A DNA stretch of 64,000 bases, from NCBI GenBank assembly GCA_963769215.1, contig CAVYKX010000019.1, forward strand, positions 93,314 to 157,313, in the 5' to 3' direction. Both the position numbers and the translations under genes were made by a program. The notes under the pieces are model-generated. The model was not told the origin of the DNA and did no database searches. It saw nothing but the letters and a program-made list of their open reading frames with translations. This DNA comes from Candidatus Sulfomarinibacteraceae bacterium (GTDB taxonomy: Bacteria; Acidobacteriota; Thermoanaerobaculia; Thermoanaerobaculales; Sulfomarinibacteraceae). This document shows, piece after piece, positions 1 through 11,271 of this stretch (its first letter is position 1; every line of letters begins with the position of its first letter).

Positions 1-373
1 CCAAGAAATCACAAAGGGGCAGTCGCCGACTTGAAACACGGTCGCCAAGACCGGCCGGCAGAACAACAGGCGATCGAGATCGCCTGCCGCCGGTGAAAAG
101 ATCGACGCGCCGAGTGCACGTCGGTTCTGCCTCGCGTTCCCCTTCTTAGGAAGGGACACGGAACCTTTTCTTTTTTCAAAATGAAAGGAGGAGTGGCGAG
201 GCCTGCGCTCTCTGAGAGCGCAGGCCGCTGGGAAAGAGACCCGATGCGAACGCTTGCTTTCACATCTGGGTCTCTTCCCAGCGGTTTCCGGCCGTTTGAC
301 GGCCGGAAACCTCGCCACGGCGTCAGGCTGCGATGAATATCTGCGTCAATCTACGTGATCTGCGGGCAATCCG

Positions 374-485
374 GGTGGGTGGGCGGGCTCTGTGCTTTCC
401 TCTGTGCTCTCTGTGCACTCTGTGGTTCTGTCCGGGGTGGGTGGAAATCCAAAATCCAAAATCCAAAATCCAAAATCCGAATTGT
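374..485. repeat. Intergenic composite repeat E1: G-tract core GGGTGGGTGGGCGGG (374-388) + CTCTGTGC-type 8-mer array (388-432); second core GGGGTGGGTGG (435-445) + AAAATCC x5 array (446-480)
   Basis: Read directly from the sequence. Lies just downstream of the radA stop (496). ORF-track peptides such as KSKIQNPKSK are translations of the array. Confidence 0.8.
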
Positions 486-495
486 GTCTCTGTGG

Positions 496-1850
496 TTATT
501 CGCCCGCCTGGAGCAGGCGAGGCAAATCAGCGACCGTGGAAATCGGAGTGGCGGGGAGATCGAGCTTGCCGTTGGCGTCTCGAGCCGGCAGGGCGACGCG
601 GCCGAAACCGAGGGCGGACGCTTCGCGCACCCGCTCCGCTGCCCGGCTCACCGCCCTGACTTCGCCGAGAAGACCGATCTCTCCGAATACGGCGAGCTCG
701 GGAGCCAGTGGTAGATCTGCGGCCGACGAGAGCAGCGCGGCCGCGACTGCAAGATCGAGGGCGGGCTCGCGCAACGACAGACCACCGACGAGATTGACGA
801 AGACATCCCTGTCCGCAAAGCCGACGCCGGCGTGCCGCTCGAGCACCGCGAGGAGGAGGGCGAGGCGCGACGAGTCGAGCCCGTGAGCCACCCTGCGGGG
901 TGTTCCGAGAGACGACGGCGAGACCAGCGCCTGGACCTCGACCAGGAGGGGCACCGACCCTTCGAGGGCGACCGCAACTGCGGAACCCGCGAGCGCCGCT
1001 CTGCCGGTCCTCGAGCAACCATGCCGAGGCGTTCTGTACCGCCTCCAGACCGCTGCCGGTCATCGAATAGAGCGCGAGCTCGGCGATAGTGCCGAAACGG
1101 TTTTTCCCGGCTCGCAGCGCGCGCAGTTCGTGCCCGGGTTCGCCTTCGAGGGACATCACGACATCGACCAGGTGCTCGAGGAGCTTCGGGCCCGGCGATC
1201 ATTCCGTCTTTGGTGACGTGACCCACAAGGACAACCGGCACGCCGCGGGTCTTGGCGAAGTGCTGAAAGCGCGACGCCACCTGCCGCACCTGGCTCACCG
1301 AACCGGCCACCGCATCGATAGAGTCGAGGACGGCAGTCTGCACTGAGTCCACAACCACCAACTGCGGTTCGAGATCTTCGATTTGAGCGAGCACCGATTC
1401 ACACGAGGTTTCGGGCAAGAGGAACAGATTCGGTTCGAGGCCGCCGATTCGCCGAGCGCGCAATGCGATCTGTTCCGCCGACTCTTCTCCGGTGACATAC
1501 ACAACCGGACCGCAGTCGCGAGCGAGGGACGCAGCAACCTGGAGGAGAAGGGTCGACTTTCCAATCCCCGGTTCGCCGGCGAGGAGCACCAGCGAGCCCG
1601 GCACCAGACCACCTCCGAGTACCCGGTCGAGCCCGTCGAGCCCGGTCGGAGTGCGGGCAGCCGGAGCGGCCGCGGCCTCGGTCACCGGGATGGCCGCTGC
1701 TCCACGGCGCGGTACGGCCCCGGCCTTCTTCTTCTTCGGTTGAGAAGGTTGTTCGGCGTAGCAATTCCATTCTCCGCACCCCGGACACTGGCCGAGCCAT
1801 TTGCCGGATTCGTGGCCGCACGAGGTGCAGAAGAAAACGGTGTCAGCCAA
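496..1850 (-). CDS. radA: DNA repair protein RadA/Sms; reading frame broken twice (about 1195 and about 1003)
   Basis: The N-terminus in ORF 648..1850 has the zinc ribbon CTSCGHESGKWLGQCPGCGEW and Walker A GEPGIGKST. The protein continues as VMSLEGEPGHELRALRAGKNRFGTIAEL in ORF 527..1159 and as the Lon-like C-terminus PLLVEVQALV... in ORF 496..954. Confidence 0.85.
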
Positions 1851-1859
1851 TATCCGCCC

Positions 1860-3345
1860 TCAGTTGAGGGCCCCGCCGGCGAGGCCGAGGCTGTACTTGA
1901 CGTCGTCGTCGGCCCAGGTGATGCCGCCGCCGAAAAGGACTGAGGACTTTGCGGACACCAGCGGGTCGTCCCAGCCGGCCGTCACGAAGATGTTCCTGCT
2001 GATGAAATACCGGCCCTCGAATCTCAGGTGCACGGCTTCGTCGAACTCGCGACCGAAATCGTAGGCTTCGAAGACCAGGGTCAGCGGCCGCTTGCCGAGT
2101 TTGATGCTGTGGTCGACGCCGACACCGCCTGTGGATTCGATCAGCCCTGCGCGCACGATCGTGTCCGGGAAGACCCGGTATCCGACCTGGGCGTTGAGGC
2201 CGATCTTGTCGTCGACTTTGATTTTCTCCTGGAGATAGGATTCCTCGGTCCCGTCGGGGATAGGTCGTGGTCACATACTGGGCGTCGGTGCGGACGCGGC
2301 CGTACGGCATGTCCACCCCCTCGATCCGGAAGAACCGGTTCTTGGTGGTCCACAGGTCGAAGCCGAAGGCCGTTCGAGACTGGTCGGTGGAGGGCAACGC
2401 CTCGGCGCGGAGCGCGACCTGGAGCTCGTAGCGGCGATAGCGGCCCATGGTTTCGTTGAGAGTTCCAATGCCGTCTTCGATGGAGTCGAGGGTGCTGTTG
2501 AAATTGTCGACGGTGGTTTCGTCGTTGACAAGTTTGCCGATGGTGCCTTCGCCCGAAGAGATTTTGCCCGTGATCTCGTTGAGGTTTTCGGCTGACACCT
2601 GAAGGCGGTCCGTGAGCTCGCGAATGTTGGCCATCGACGCCTGCAGGTCGTCCCGATTTTCTCCCACCACACCGTTGAGTTGATCTGCGAGGAGGTTCAT
2701 TTTTTCGGTGATCTTCGGCAACTCGTCGCGAAGGGTGGCGGAGAAGTCGGCGAAGTTGGCGGTGGTTTCGTTGACATTGGCCTGGTTCTCGGCGATCAGA
2801 ACTTTGAGCGAGGCCGTGAGGTCGCGAATGTTGGCCACGATCTCGCTGATCGCCTCTTCACCCTGAGTTCCTCCAATCGAGCCCCGCAGCGCTACGGTGA
2901 CTTCCTTGACGTCGGCGCCGATCTCGGTGGCCACCCGCAACACGTCGTCAAATGTCGGTGTGATGGCGCCACCGAGCACGAAGCCGTCGGGAAGGAGCGG
3001 GAGTGACGGGTCGCCAGGCAGAATTTCGATGTACCGGTCGCCGAGCATCCCGAGACTGGCGATCTGCGCCGAAGCGCCCTGGTGCAGCTGGACCTGCGGG
3101 TCGAGCGAAAGGGTCAACAGCGCGGCGGATCCGTCGAGTGAGATCGCGTCCACCTTGCCCACCCGAACGCCGGCGATTCGCACGGCAGCCTTGCGGTCGA
3201 GGCCTGCAACCGAGGAAAAACGGGCGGTGACGACGGTCCGTTCTCCACGCTCACCGACGGGGATGTCCTCGATCTTGATGATGAATACGCCGAGAATGAT
3301 CATTCCCATGAGCATGAACATGCCGATCCGTGCGGCTGGGGTCAT
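1860..3345 (-). CDS. MCE (MlaD-like) domain protein, long form; frame break at the G4 run 2256-2259
   Basis: ORF 1843..3345 has an N-terminal TM helix plus an MCE-like segment (VTARFSSVAGLDRKAAVRIAGVRVGKVDAISL) and long helical repeats. The C-terminus continues in ORF 1860..2156 after one extra base in a homopolymer. It overlaps mlaF by 4 nt. Confidence 0.7.
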
Positions 3346-4139
3346 GACTCGTCCTCCAGTTCTTCTGGCATCTCACCCTCGAGGAAACCTCGCACGAAGC
3401 GGTTCCGAGACTTGGCAAATGTCTCCGGAACATCCACCTGCAGGATCTGCCCGCGCCGCATGATGGCGATCCGGTCGGCAATCCGGTAGGCGAGGCTCAT
3501 GTCATGGGTGATCGTGACCACCGTGACATCGAGTTCGGCTCGGAGCTGATTGATCACCCGGCCGATGGCGGCGGTGTTGATCGGGTCGAGGCCGGTGGTG
3601 GGCTCGTCGAAGAGCAGGATCTTCGGTTCGAGTGCGATGGCGCGCGCGAAGCCGACGCGGCGCCTCATGCCGCCGGAGAGTTCAGACGGCATCTTGTCTT
3701 CGATGCCGGGCAGTCTCACCAGCTTCAGACACTCGTCGACTCGGGCCGCCACTTCTTCGGGATTCTTGTCGGTGTGGCGCCGAAGTGGAAAGGCGATGTT
3801 GTCGAACACCGTCATCGAGTCGAAGAGGGCTCCCTCCTGGAAGCTCATGCCGAACTGCTTCCGCAGGACGAGGACCGCCTCCGCGGGGGCGAGGGTGAGA
3901 TCGACACCGTCAACCACCACGTGTCCGTCATCGGGCTGCAGGAGCCCGATCAGATGCTTGATGAAGACCGACTTGCCGGCGCCGGATCCGCCGACGATGA
4001 CGAATGATTCTCCCCGCAGGACATCGATCTCGATGCCGCGGAGGACCTTCTTGTCACCGAAGGACTTGTGGAGGCCGATGACCGAGATCATCGGCGGTGC
4101 GATCGTTGGATCGTGGGCGGTTGAATTCATCATCATCAT
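3342..4139 (-). CDS. mlaF: ABC transporter ATP-binding protein, MlaF-like
   Basis: Intact 265-aa ORF with Walker A GGSGAGKS, signature LSGGMRRRV and Walker B LLFDEP. Start/stop overlaps link it to the flanking permease and MCE genes. Confidence 0.8.
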   Translation of the reverse strand: MMMMNSTAHDPTIAPPMISVIGLHKSFGDKKVLRGIEIDVLRGESFVIVGGSGAGKSVFIKHLIGLLQPDDGHVVVDGVDLTLAPAEAVLVLRKQFGMSFQEGALFDSMTVFDNIAFPLRRHTDKNPEEVAARVDECLKLVRLPGIEDKMPSELSGGMRRRVGFARAIALEPKILLFDEPTTGLDPINTAAIGRVINQLRAELDVTVVTITHDMSLAYRIADRIAIMRRGQILQVDVPETFAKSRNRFVRGFLEGEMPEELEDES

Positions 4140-4939
4140 CAGAACAAGATCTTTGTCAGGAAGAAGTCCGAAAGGAGGATATACATGGAGGCGGTGACCA
4201 CCGCGGAGGTGGTGGACCTGCCGACCCCTTCAGCTCCGCCCGCAGTGTAAAAACCCTTGGTGCAGCCGGTGACCGACAGGATGAGACCGAAGAACGCCGC
4301 CTTGATGAGCCCCGAGGTGACGTCGTTGACTTCGAGAAACTGAAACGTCCGTTCGATGTAGAGAAAACTGTTTGCGCCGAAGAGGCCGACCGATACCAGC
4401 CACCCACCAATGATGCCGATGGCATCTCCCATGATGGTGAGCACCGGCAACATCAGAATCGAAGCGTTGACGCGCGGAACCACCAGGTAATGGACCGGTT
4501 CGGTAGCCATCGCGTAGAGAGCGTCGATCTGTTCGGTGACGCGCATGGTGCCGATCTCGGCAGCCATCGCCGAACCCACCCGACCGGCGACCATCAGCCC
4601 GGTGAGCACCGGCGCCAGCTCGCGGGTCAGCGACAGCGCCACCACCGAGCCGACAAAACCCTCGGCGTGAAATCGCTCGAATCCGCGGTAGGTCTGGAGT
4701 GCCAGGACCATGCCCGTGAACAGACACGTGAGAAAGACCACCGGGATCGAGTCCCAGCCGACCCGCACCATCTGGCGCAGGAGCTCAGGGGCATCGAACG
4801 GCCGTCGAAAGGTCCACAGGACGCTCGATGCCATGATGTAGAAGAAGCGGCCGAGGTCATCGAGGCCGCGGAGGATGAGCGTTCCGAAACGATCGAGCCA
4901 GTCGAGGATGCCCCCGGATCGGGCGGTGTCCTCTACCAC
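4139..4939 (-). CDS. mlaE: ABC transporter permease, MlaE-like
   Basis: Intact 266-aa polytopic membrane ORF immediately upstream of the MlaF-like ATPase, which is the typical Mla operon order. Confidence 0.75.
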   Translation of the reverse strand: MVEDTARSGGILDWLDRFGTLILRGLDDLGRFFYIMASSVLWTFRRPFDAPELLRQMVRVGWDSIPVVFLTCLFTGMVLALQTYRGFERFHAEGFVGSVVALSLTRELAPVLTGLMVAGRVGSAMAAEIGTMRVTEQIDALYAMATEPVHYLVVPRVNASILMLPVLTIMGDAIGIIGGWLVSVGLFGANSFLYIERTFQFLEVNDVTSGLIKAAFFGLILSVTGCTKGFYTAGGAEGVGRSTTSAVVTASMYILLSDFFLTKILF

Positions 4940-6319
4940 GGTGCGTCGCCGTCGTCGTGGCTGAAGTCGGCGTTTTCGAAACGAGTGAACTCGTGCTGAA
5001 AGACCAGATCGATCTCTCCGATCGGCCCGTTGCGCTGTTTGGCGATGATGAGCTCGGCGCGGCGGGGGTCTTCGACCTCGCGGTCGTAGACCGATGGCCG
5101 AATGATGAACATGACGACGTCCGCGTCCTGTTCGATCGATCCTGATTCGCGGAGATCCGACAGCTGCGGCCGGTGATCGCCGCCCCGGCGTTCGGGTTGG
5201 CGCGAGAGCTGGGACAGTACCAGCATCGGCACGTCGAGCTCCTTGGCGACCGCCTTGAGGCTGCGTGAGATGGCTGACACTTCCTCGTTGCGGCTGCTGA
5301 ACCGGGCGCCGCCCGACATCAGCTGCATGTAATCCACCATCACCAGATCGAGCCCTCGCTCCTGTTTGAGGCGGCGTGCCTTGGCGGAGAGCTCAAGCGG
5401 GGTGATGCCGGGGGTGTCATCGATCCACAGATTGACGTCGCGCAGGGCCTTGCGCGGCGAGTTCGAGCTTCGGCCAGTCGGATTTGGAAAGATAGCCGCC
5501 CGAGATTCGTTTCTGATCGACGCGGGCCTCGGACGAGAGGAGCCGGCGAACCAGCTGCTCGGCGGCCATCTCCAGCGAAAAGACAGCGACCTTCTTGCCG
5601 CCGCGGATTGCAGCGTGGGCGCAGATGTTGACGCCGAGTGAGGTCTTCCCCATCGAAGGCCGCGCCGCGAGAATGACCAGGTCCTTCGACTGGAGTCCGG
5701 AGGTCATTTCATTGAGGCGGATATAACCGGTGTCGAGGCCGGTCAGGGTCGAGTGGTTTTCCCGACTCGCATCGATGTTGGCCAGTTCTTTATCGGTGAG
5801 CCGGCGGATGTGAACGAGGCCGCCGGAGAGCGTGTCCTCGGCGATTCGGAAGACGTCTTTCTGCGCGCTCTCGACCGCCTCTCGAGCTTCGCCGTGGTCG
5901 AGCGAGCAGGTTGAGAGGATTTTCTGGGCCGCAGCCATCAGCTGTCGTTTGACCGACTTGTCGTGGACGATCTCGGCGTAGTGGATCACGTTCGCCACGT
6001 CGGGAAGTTCGTCGACCAACCCGGAGAGATAGGACACTCCACCCACCTGCTCGAGCCGGCCCTGCTCGGTGAGGTGGTTGCGCACCGTGACCAGATCGGC
6101 AGCGTCGCCCTTTTCGTGCAACTCCAGACAGGCTTCGTAGACGATGCGGTGGCTCTCGAGATAGAACTCGTCCATCCGCAGCTTCTCGATGATGTGGAGC
6201 ATCGCCCCGGGATCCAGGAGTACCGCACCGAGCACCGCCCGTTCGGCTTCGGGGTCGTGGGGCAGACGATCAGCGATCGAAGTCGGGCCCGCCGCGACGT
6301 GTGATGCATTCGTGCTCAT
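4933..6319 (-). CDS. dnaB: Replicative DNA helicase DnaB; one frame break near 5460
   Basis: ORF 5417..6319 has the N-terminal domain ([18 protein letters not shown]) and Walker [10 protein letters not shown]. After the shift the frame reads ...[45 protein letters not shown], joining ORF 4933..5343 ([23 protein letters not shown]). Confidence 0.9.
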
Positions 6320-6541
6320 GGGTCTCTCATCCTACCTTAGATTGGTCTACGAATCTCCATCGAATTCTGTTCCTCGCCCGGGTCCGAGCCCGTCCCGATC
6401 CCGTTCCCGACGTGCAGGGACAGGGGCGGCGTTCTGCGGCAGGTACAGAAGACAGCTAACAGCGGCAGCATTCGGCGACGGCGATCCACCGTTGGACGCG
6501 CTCTTCTGCGAACGCCACACCGCGTGGCGGATTCTCCGTTC

Positions 6542-6789
6542 AAACGTTGAAACGTGAGCCTCTTTCAGAATTCGAATATTCCGCCGGAATCAGTTTTGGG
6601 CCTGGTCGAGGCAAGGCGGCACAGGTGCCGCCACTACCCCCAAGAGGCATCCCCCTGTAGTGGCGGGGCCTGCCCCGCCTTTGACCGTGAATTTTGCAAG
6701 AGGCTCACGTTGCACGTTCAACGTTGGGTATCGGGCGGTGGCGGAAGGTTGGGAACGTTCTAACATTTAAACGTTCCAACGTTCCAACG
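6542..6789. repeat. Intergenic composite repeat E2: AACGTT-type arms forming a 13-bp perfect inverted repeat (6551-6563 / 6699-6711) around a 135-bp GC-rich structured insert, followed by G-rich core GGGCGGTGGCGG (6733-) + AACGTTC-type array (6753-6789)
   Basis: Read directly. Lies between the dnaB upstream region and the 3' end of the TonB-receptor gene. Confidence 0.7.
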
Positions 6790-6792
6790 AAA

Positions 6793-6812
6793 GAGGGGCC
6801 CGAAGGCCCCTC
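6793..6812 (-). terminator. Putative intrinsic terminator hairpin GAGGGGCC-CGAA-GGCCCCTC
   Basis: 8-bp GC stem with a tetraloop, 24 nt downstream of the receptor stop (6836). On the minus-strand RNA it is followed by UUUCGUUGG, which is only a moderately U-rich tail. Confidence 0.5.
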
Positions 6813-6835
6813 GTGATTGAAGATCCGATTTCAGA

Positions 6836-9800
6836 TCAGAAGGACCAACGCACGCCGAGACGTGTCTTCCAGCGCGAACGCAGGTCGTCGACGTAATAGA
6901 TGTTGGTGTCCGGATAAAGGACCTCAGACCGCAGCTCATAGATCGGCAGGCCTTCGTCGCTCACTCCCTGGTACCTGACCGGGTCCACGGTGCCGTAGGG
7001 GACGTACTCGACGACTCCGGATTCGTTGTCGAGCATATTCCAGAAGTTGAAGATGTCGAGCGAGATCTGGAATGTCGAGCGACCCGGGAACGGGATGTTC
7101 TGGCGGAACGAGAGGTCGGTCTGCATGAAGTAGGGCGCCCGGTTGACGTTGCGCGGCGCGACCCCGCCCGCGTACTTGGTCAGACCGGTCTTCTCGAGAT
7201 AGTCCTCGAGTTGCGCCCAGGTGCCGTTGGTGATCACGACGTCGTCGGCGCCGGTGGGCACGTACATCAGATCGTTATATCCGTAACCGTCATTGTTGAT
7301 CGATCGATAGGGCCAGGCGGCACCGAGGATGTTGGTCCAGGGTTTGCCGGTCTGGCGGTTCCAGAACACCGACACCACCGTCGACCACCTCGAGGAGCGG
7401 TTGAACTCGTAGTTGAGGTTGATGATGCCGCGGTGCTCGACCTCGAAGTCGGAGGTCGAGAGGACGGAGTTGTTCGGGTCCGTGCCCTCGTTGTACTGCC
7501 AGTTGGAGACCGCGCGGCTCGAGGTGGCGTCGTTGATGACGTTCGACTCGCCCCAGGCGTAGGACACGCTGCCCCAGAAGGGTTGCTGGCCGTAGGGCAG
7601 TTCGAGCTTGAGGATGAAGTTCAGCGCGTCACCCTTGCGGAGTTCCGGAGATAGTAAGCGCCCGTGAAATGGTCACTGACGTCCTCGTACATCGGGCGGC
7701 CGTCGAACGGGATCGTCGCGCCGGTCTGCTCGATATTGAGGTTCTGGTAGTCGATCTCGTTTTTGCTCTTGGCGTAGATGACCTCGGCCGTTGCGACCAT
7801 TCTCTGCCAGGGCAGCCGGTAGTCATACGCGAGGTTGGCGCGCCAGGTCTGCGGGAACTCGAAGTCGGGATCGATGGCGTTGATGTCCTGGGTCGTGGCG
7901 CCGCCGATGTTGTCGGGCTGATCAAACGGATCGGGGTTGAAGGGGATGACGCCATAGGCTTCGAGCGTCGTCTGGCGGGTGCCGGTTCGGGCGTAGCTGT
8001 TGGACAGCCAGACGAAGGGTGTGCGGCCCGAGAAGAGGCCGGCGCCGCCGCGGAGCTGGCTGGTGGCGTTGCCCGTGATGTCCCAGTTGAAGCCGATGCG
8101 CGGCGACCACATGATCTTGCCGCTCGGAAAATCACTCGTGTCCACTCCGAAGGTCGCTTCGGCGAGCGGGTTGTAGTCCGGTGAGTCGGGGAAGATGGGC
8201 ACGTCCATCCTCAGACCGTAGACCAATGAGAAGTTCGGTTTGACGCTCCAGGTATCCCCTGCATAGAGACTCACCTGGTAGGCCTTGAATTGGTCGCTCG
8301 GGTTGTCGGGGTCGTTGCTGTAAGTGTGGTCGAAAACGTTGGCGACACCGGCGTAGTAGGCGTCGAGATCCGGGAACTCGTAGGAGCCGAACCCGTCCTG
8401 GATGAAGAGGTTGTCGATGGTGTAGAACTCGTTGTGGGTGCCGATGACGATCTCGTGGTTGCCGGTGAAGAAGCTGAAGTCGTTGGTCAGCTCGATGATG
8501 TCCTGGTCGAGGTTGTTGTAGGTCGAGTACTGCTCGGTGCCGAACTCCCAACTGTTGCCCTCGCCGTCGACGTCATCGATATTGACATGGGGGAAGGGCT
8601 CGATGACACCGGTGCGCGGGCCGCGGATCGTCTGGTAGGTGACCCGCAGCTCGTTGAAGGAGTTCTCGCCGAAGACCGCGTTCCACTGGCCGACCAGCGA
8701 GTTGACCTTGGTGTTGAAGTCGTAGCCTTCGCTCGGCCACTCATAGCTGTCGTCGTCGGGCCGGTTGATGACGTTCGAGGCATCCATGTAGTTGTAGCGC
8801 GCGGTAATGGTGTTGCTCGGGTTGAGGTTGAAGTCGAAACGCAGGAAGAACCGGTCGGCCGGCCTGTTGCGGCTGGCCTGGCCGAGAGACCCCGGATCGT
8901 AGTTGTAGGTCGACTGGGTGAATTGACGCAACTGCGAGGCCTCGTCGGTGAAGTTGCAGTTCTGCCAGCAGCTGCCGCTCGAGCCGTCGAGCGACCAACC
9001 GGTCGGTTCCGTGACCTCGGCCGTCGTGAAGTTCGTGAAGAAGAAGACCTTGTCTTTCGAAAGCGTTCCGCCGAGGCTTGCGCCGAGCTCGTTGTCCTCG
9101 AAAGTGCCGAGCTCTCCGAGTTCGTCCGGTCCGCCACCGACGAAACTGTCATCGCTGTAGTAGCCGTAGACGGTGCCATGGAGCTCGTTGGTTCCGGAAC
9201 GGGTGATGGCGTTGACGCTGCCGCCGGTGAATCCGCCCTGGCGGACGTCAAAGCTCGAGGTCACGAGCTGCAACTCCTGAACCACGTCGAGCTGGATCGG
9301 CTGCGCGCCGGACTGGCCGCCGGGCGTGCCGCTGTGGGCGAGACCGAAGACATCGTTGTTGACCGCGCCGTCGATCGAGATGTTGTTGTAGCGGGGGTTG
9401 CGGCCCGAGACCGAGAGCTCGGTGTTGTCCCGGTCCGGCGAGAAGGTCGAGAACATCGGGTTGGTAGCGCGCCATGTCGAAGAGGTTGCGCTCGACCGAG
9501 GGCATGCGCCTCGAGGGAGCCCTGCGACACCGAGCTGGCGACGCCCATCTTCATCGGGCTGATCAGCGGGCTCGACTCGGCCACGACCTCGATCGTGCCG
9601 ACCGCGGCCTCGAGCCGGAGCTCGATCGCCAGGTTGGTGTCTTCGCCCAGTCGGACATAGACGTCGCCCAGGTTCTGGGGCTGGAAGCCTGCAAGGTTTG
9701 CCGCCACCTCATACGGGCCGCCGACCTTGATGTTGACCATCCTGAAGCGGCCGGTGGCATCGGTCACGGTCCCGTAGCGGTTACCGGTGGACGGTAGGCT

Positions 9801-9944
9801 CGCGACGACCGAGACCCCGGGCAGCGGGTCGCCGTTGGGATCGACCACCACGCCGGACATCGATCCGGTTGTCACTCCCTGGGCCTGGACGAGGCCTGCC
9901 CACAAGAGCGCGCAGATTGATAAACAGATTGCCTTTTTCATCAT
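6836..9944 (-). CDS. TonB-dependent receptor with N-terminal carboxypeptidase-regulatory-like domain; three frame breaks (about 9505, about 9458, about 7635)
   Basis: GGGAGG RBS then ATGATG at 9944. Signal peptide MKKAICLSICALLWAGLVQAQG, then GVVVDPNGDPLPGVSVVA (ORF 9261..9965). The plug/barrel is in ORF 7621..9456. The C-terminal barrel ending ...RLGVRWSF is in ORF 6836..7567. The 7635 break lies at a short A run (GCAAGGG versus the expected GCAAAGGG). Confidence 0.85.
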
Positions 9945-10097
9945 CGTGACCTCCCTATTTCTCACCTCAAAAAAATTACGGGACCATACCCTTTTATGAA
10001 CGGGATCATACCACCGACCACGACCATCGAGGCCGGTTCAGAACAAGATTTTTGTCGCACCGCGGCACAGTCTGAAAATCCCATTTTGGAACGCATC

Positions 10098-11193
10098 TCA
10101 GTCTCTCCCAGATGACTCCTTTTTCAGGTCCTCGAAGACTTCGAGAACCTCCTCAGCCGAGACTCGCTGATTGAGTGCAACCCCTTTGTTTGTAGGTAGA
10201 ACCCAGCCGATTCCATGGTCACTGTTCTTCTTGTCATGCCCGATATGCGAGCGGACGGTTTCGGGCGTCGATGTCGGCGAGAGAAGGCATCGGGCCGAGG
10301 GTCGCGATGGCCGCCGAAATCGCCTCCTCGCCGTCGCTCGAGAGCAGGTCGTGACGGCGTCCGAGCCGAGCCGCCGCCAGCAGGCCCCAGGCCACGGCTT
10401 CGCCGTGCAGAAAACGCCGGTAACCGGTGGCAGCCTCGAGGGCGTGGCCGAGGGTGTGGCCGAGGTTGAGGGCGGCCCGGTTGCCGGCCTCGCGCTCGTC
10501 CTCGGTGACGACCCGCGCTTTGACTGCGACACATCGCATCACGAGCTCTTGCCATTGATCGGTCGGGACCTTATCGAATTTCGAGGGGATCATTGTCAGC
10601 AGATCGTGGTCGCCGATCCAGGCCGTCTTGATCACCTCCGCCATGCCCGCCCGGAGTTCGCGTTCGGGCAGGGTCGACAGCGTCTCCACGTCGATGACCA
10701 CTAGATGCGGCGGCCAGAATGCCCCGACCAGGTTCTTGCCCTGCTCGAGGTTGACTCCTGTCTTGCCGCCGACCGAGGCGTCGACCATCGCCAGCAGCGT
10801 TGTCGGCACCGCGACCCAGTCGATGCCCCGCAGAAAGACCGCGGCCGCGAATCCGACCGTGTCGGTGAGGACCCCGCCGCCGACGGCGGCCACAGAGTCT
10901 CCGCGATGAAGTCCCGCTTCGAGCCACTGCCCGAGCGTCCCCTCGACCGTCGGCCAGCGTTTGTGCTCCTCGCCGTCGGGGATTTCTATCAGCGACACGC
11001 CGAGAGCCTGGGAGGCGGGCCTGCCCCACAGCGGTCCTACGGTGGTGTCGGTGACCAGCAAACGGGGTGTGGTGAGGCCTTCCTCTTCGATCAAGTGCGC
11101 GAGACGGGAAACAGCTCCAGCCTCGGCGACCACGCTGTACGCTCCTCGTCCGCTCTCGACCGTCAGTCTCGGCATCGCTCTCGACCTATCCAA
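10098..11193 (-). CDS. aroB: 3-dehydroquinate synthase; frame break near 10260
   Basis: ORF 10234..11193 has GGGVLTDTVGFAAAVFLRGIDWVAVPTTLLAMVDASVGGKTGVN and NLGHTLGHALE. The C-terminus (...IGHDKKNSDHGIGWVLPTNKG...) is in ORF 10098..10532. Confidence 0.85.
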
Positions 11194-11271
11194 TCAACGA
11201 ATGTCAATTTCTGGACCCTCGCGCCCGATCGCCATTCCGTTTCCGAGAACTTCCGGGCTGGGTCGGCCGGT

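Noticed and set aside
1-330. A known structured RNA (RNase P RNA, tmRNA, SRP RNA, TPP or cobalamin riboswitch) at the window start
   Set aside because: I looked for the hallmark strings GAGGAAAGTCC, AGGTCCGGAAGGAAGCAGC, the tRNA-like 3' end, the CTGAGA...ACCC...CCTGAT order and the B12 box, and none fits. The region is kept only as an unexplained structured region.
333-886. ORFs 333-659, 355-714 and 392-886 containing KSKIQNPKSK-type peptides (also 19636-19896, 20965-21201, 28491-28745)
   Set aside because: They are translations of the repeat arrays and of the antisense strand of radA and other genes. They are not protein-coding.
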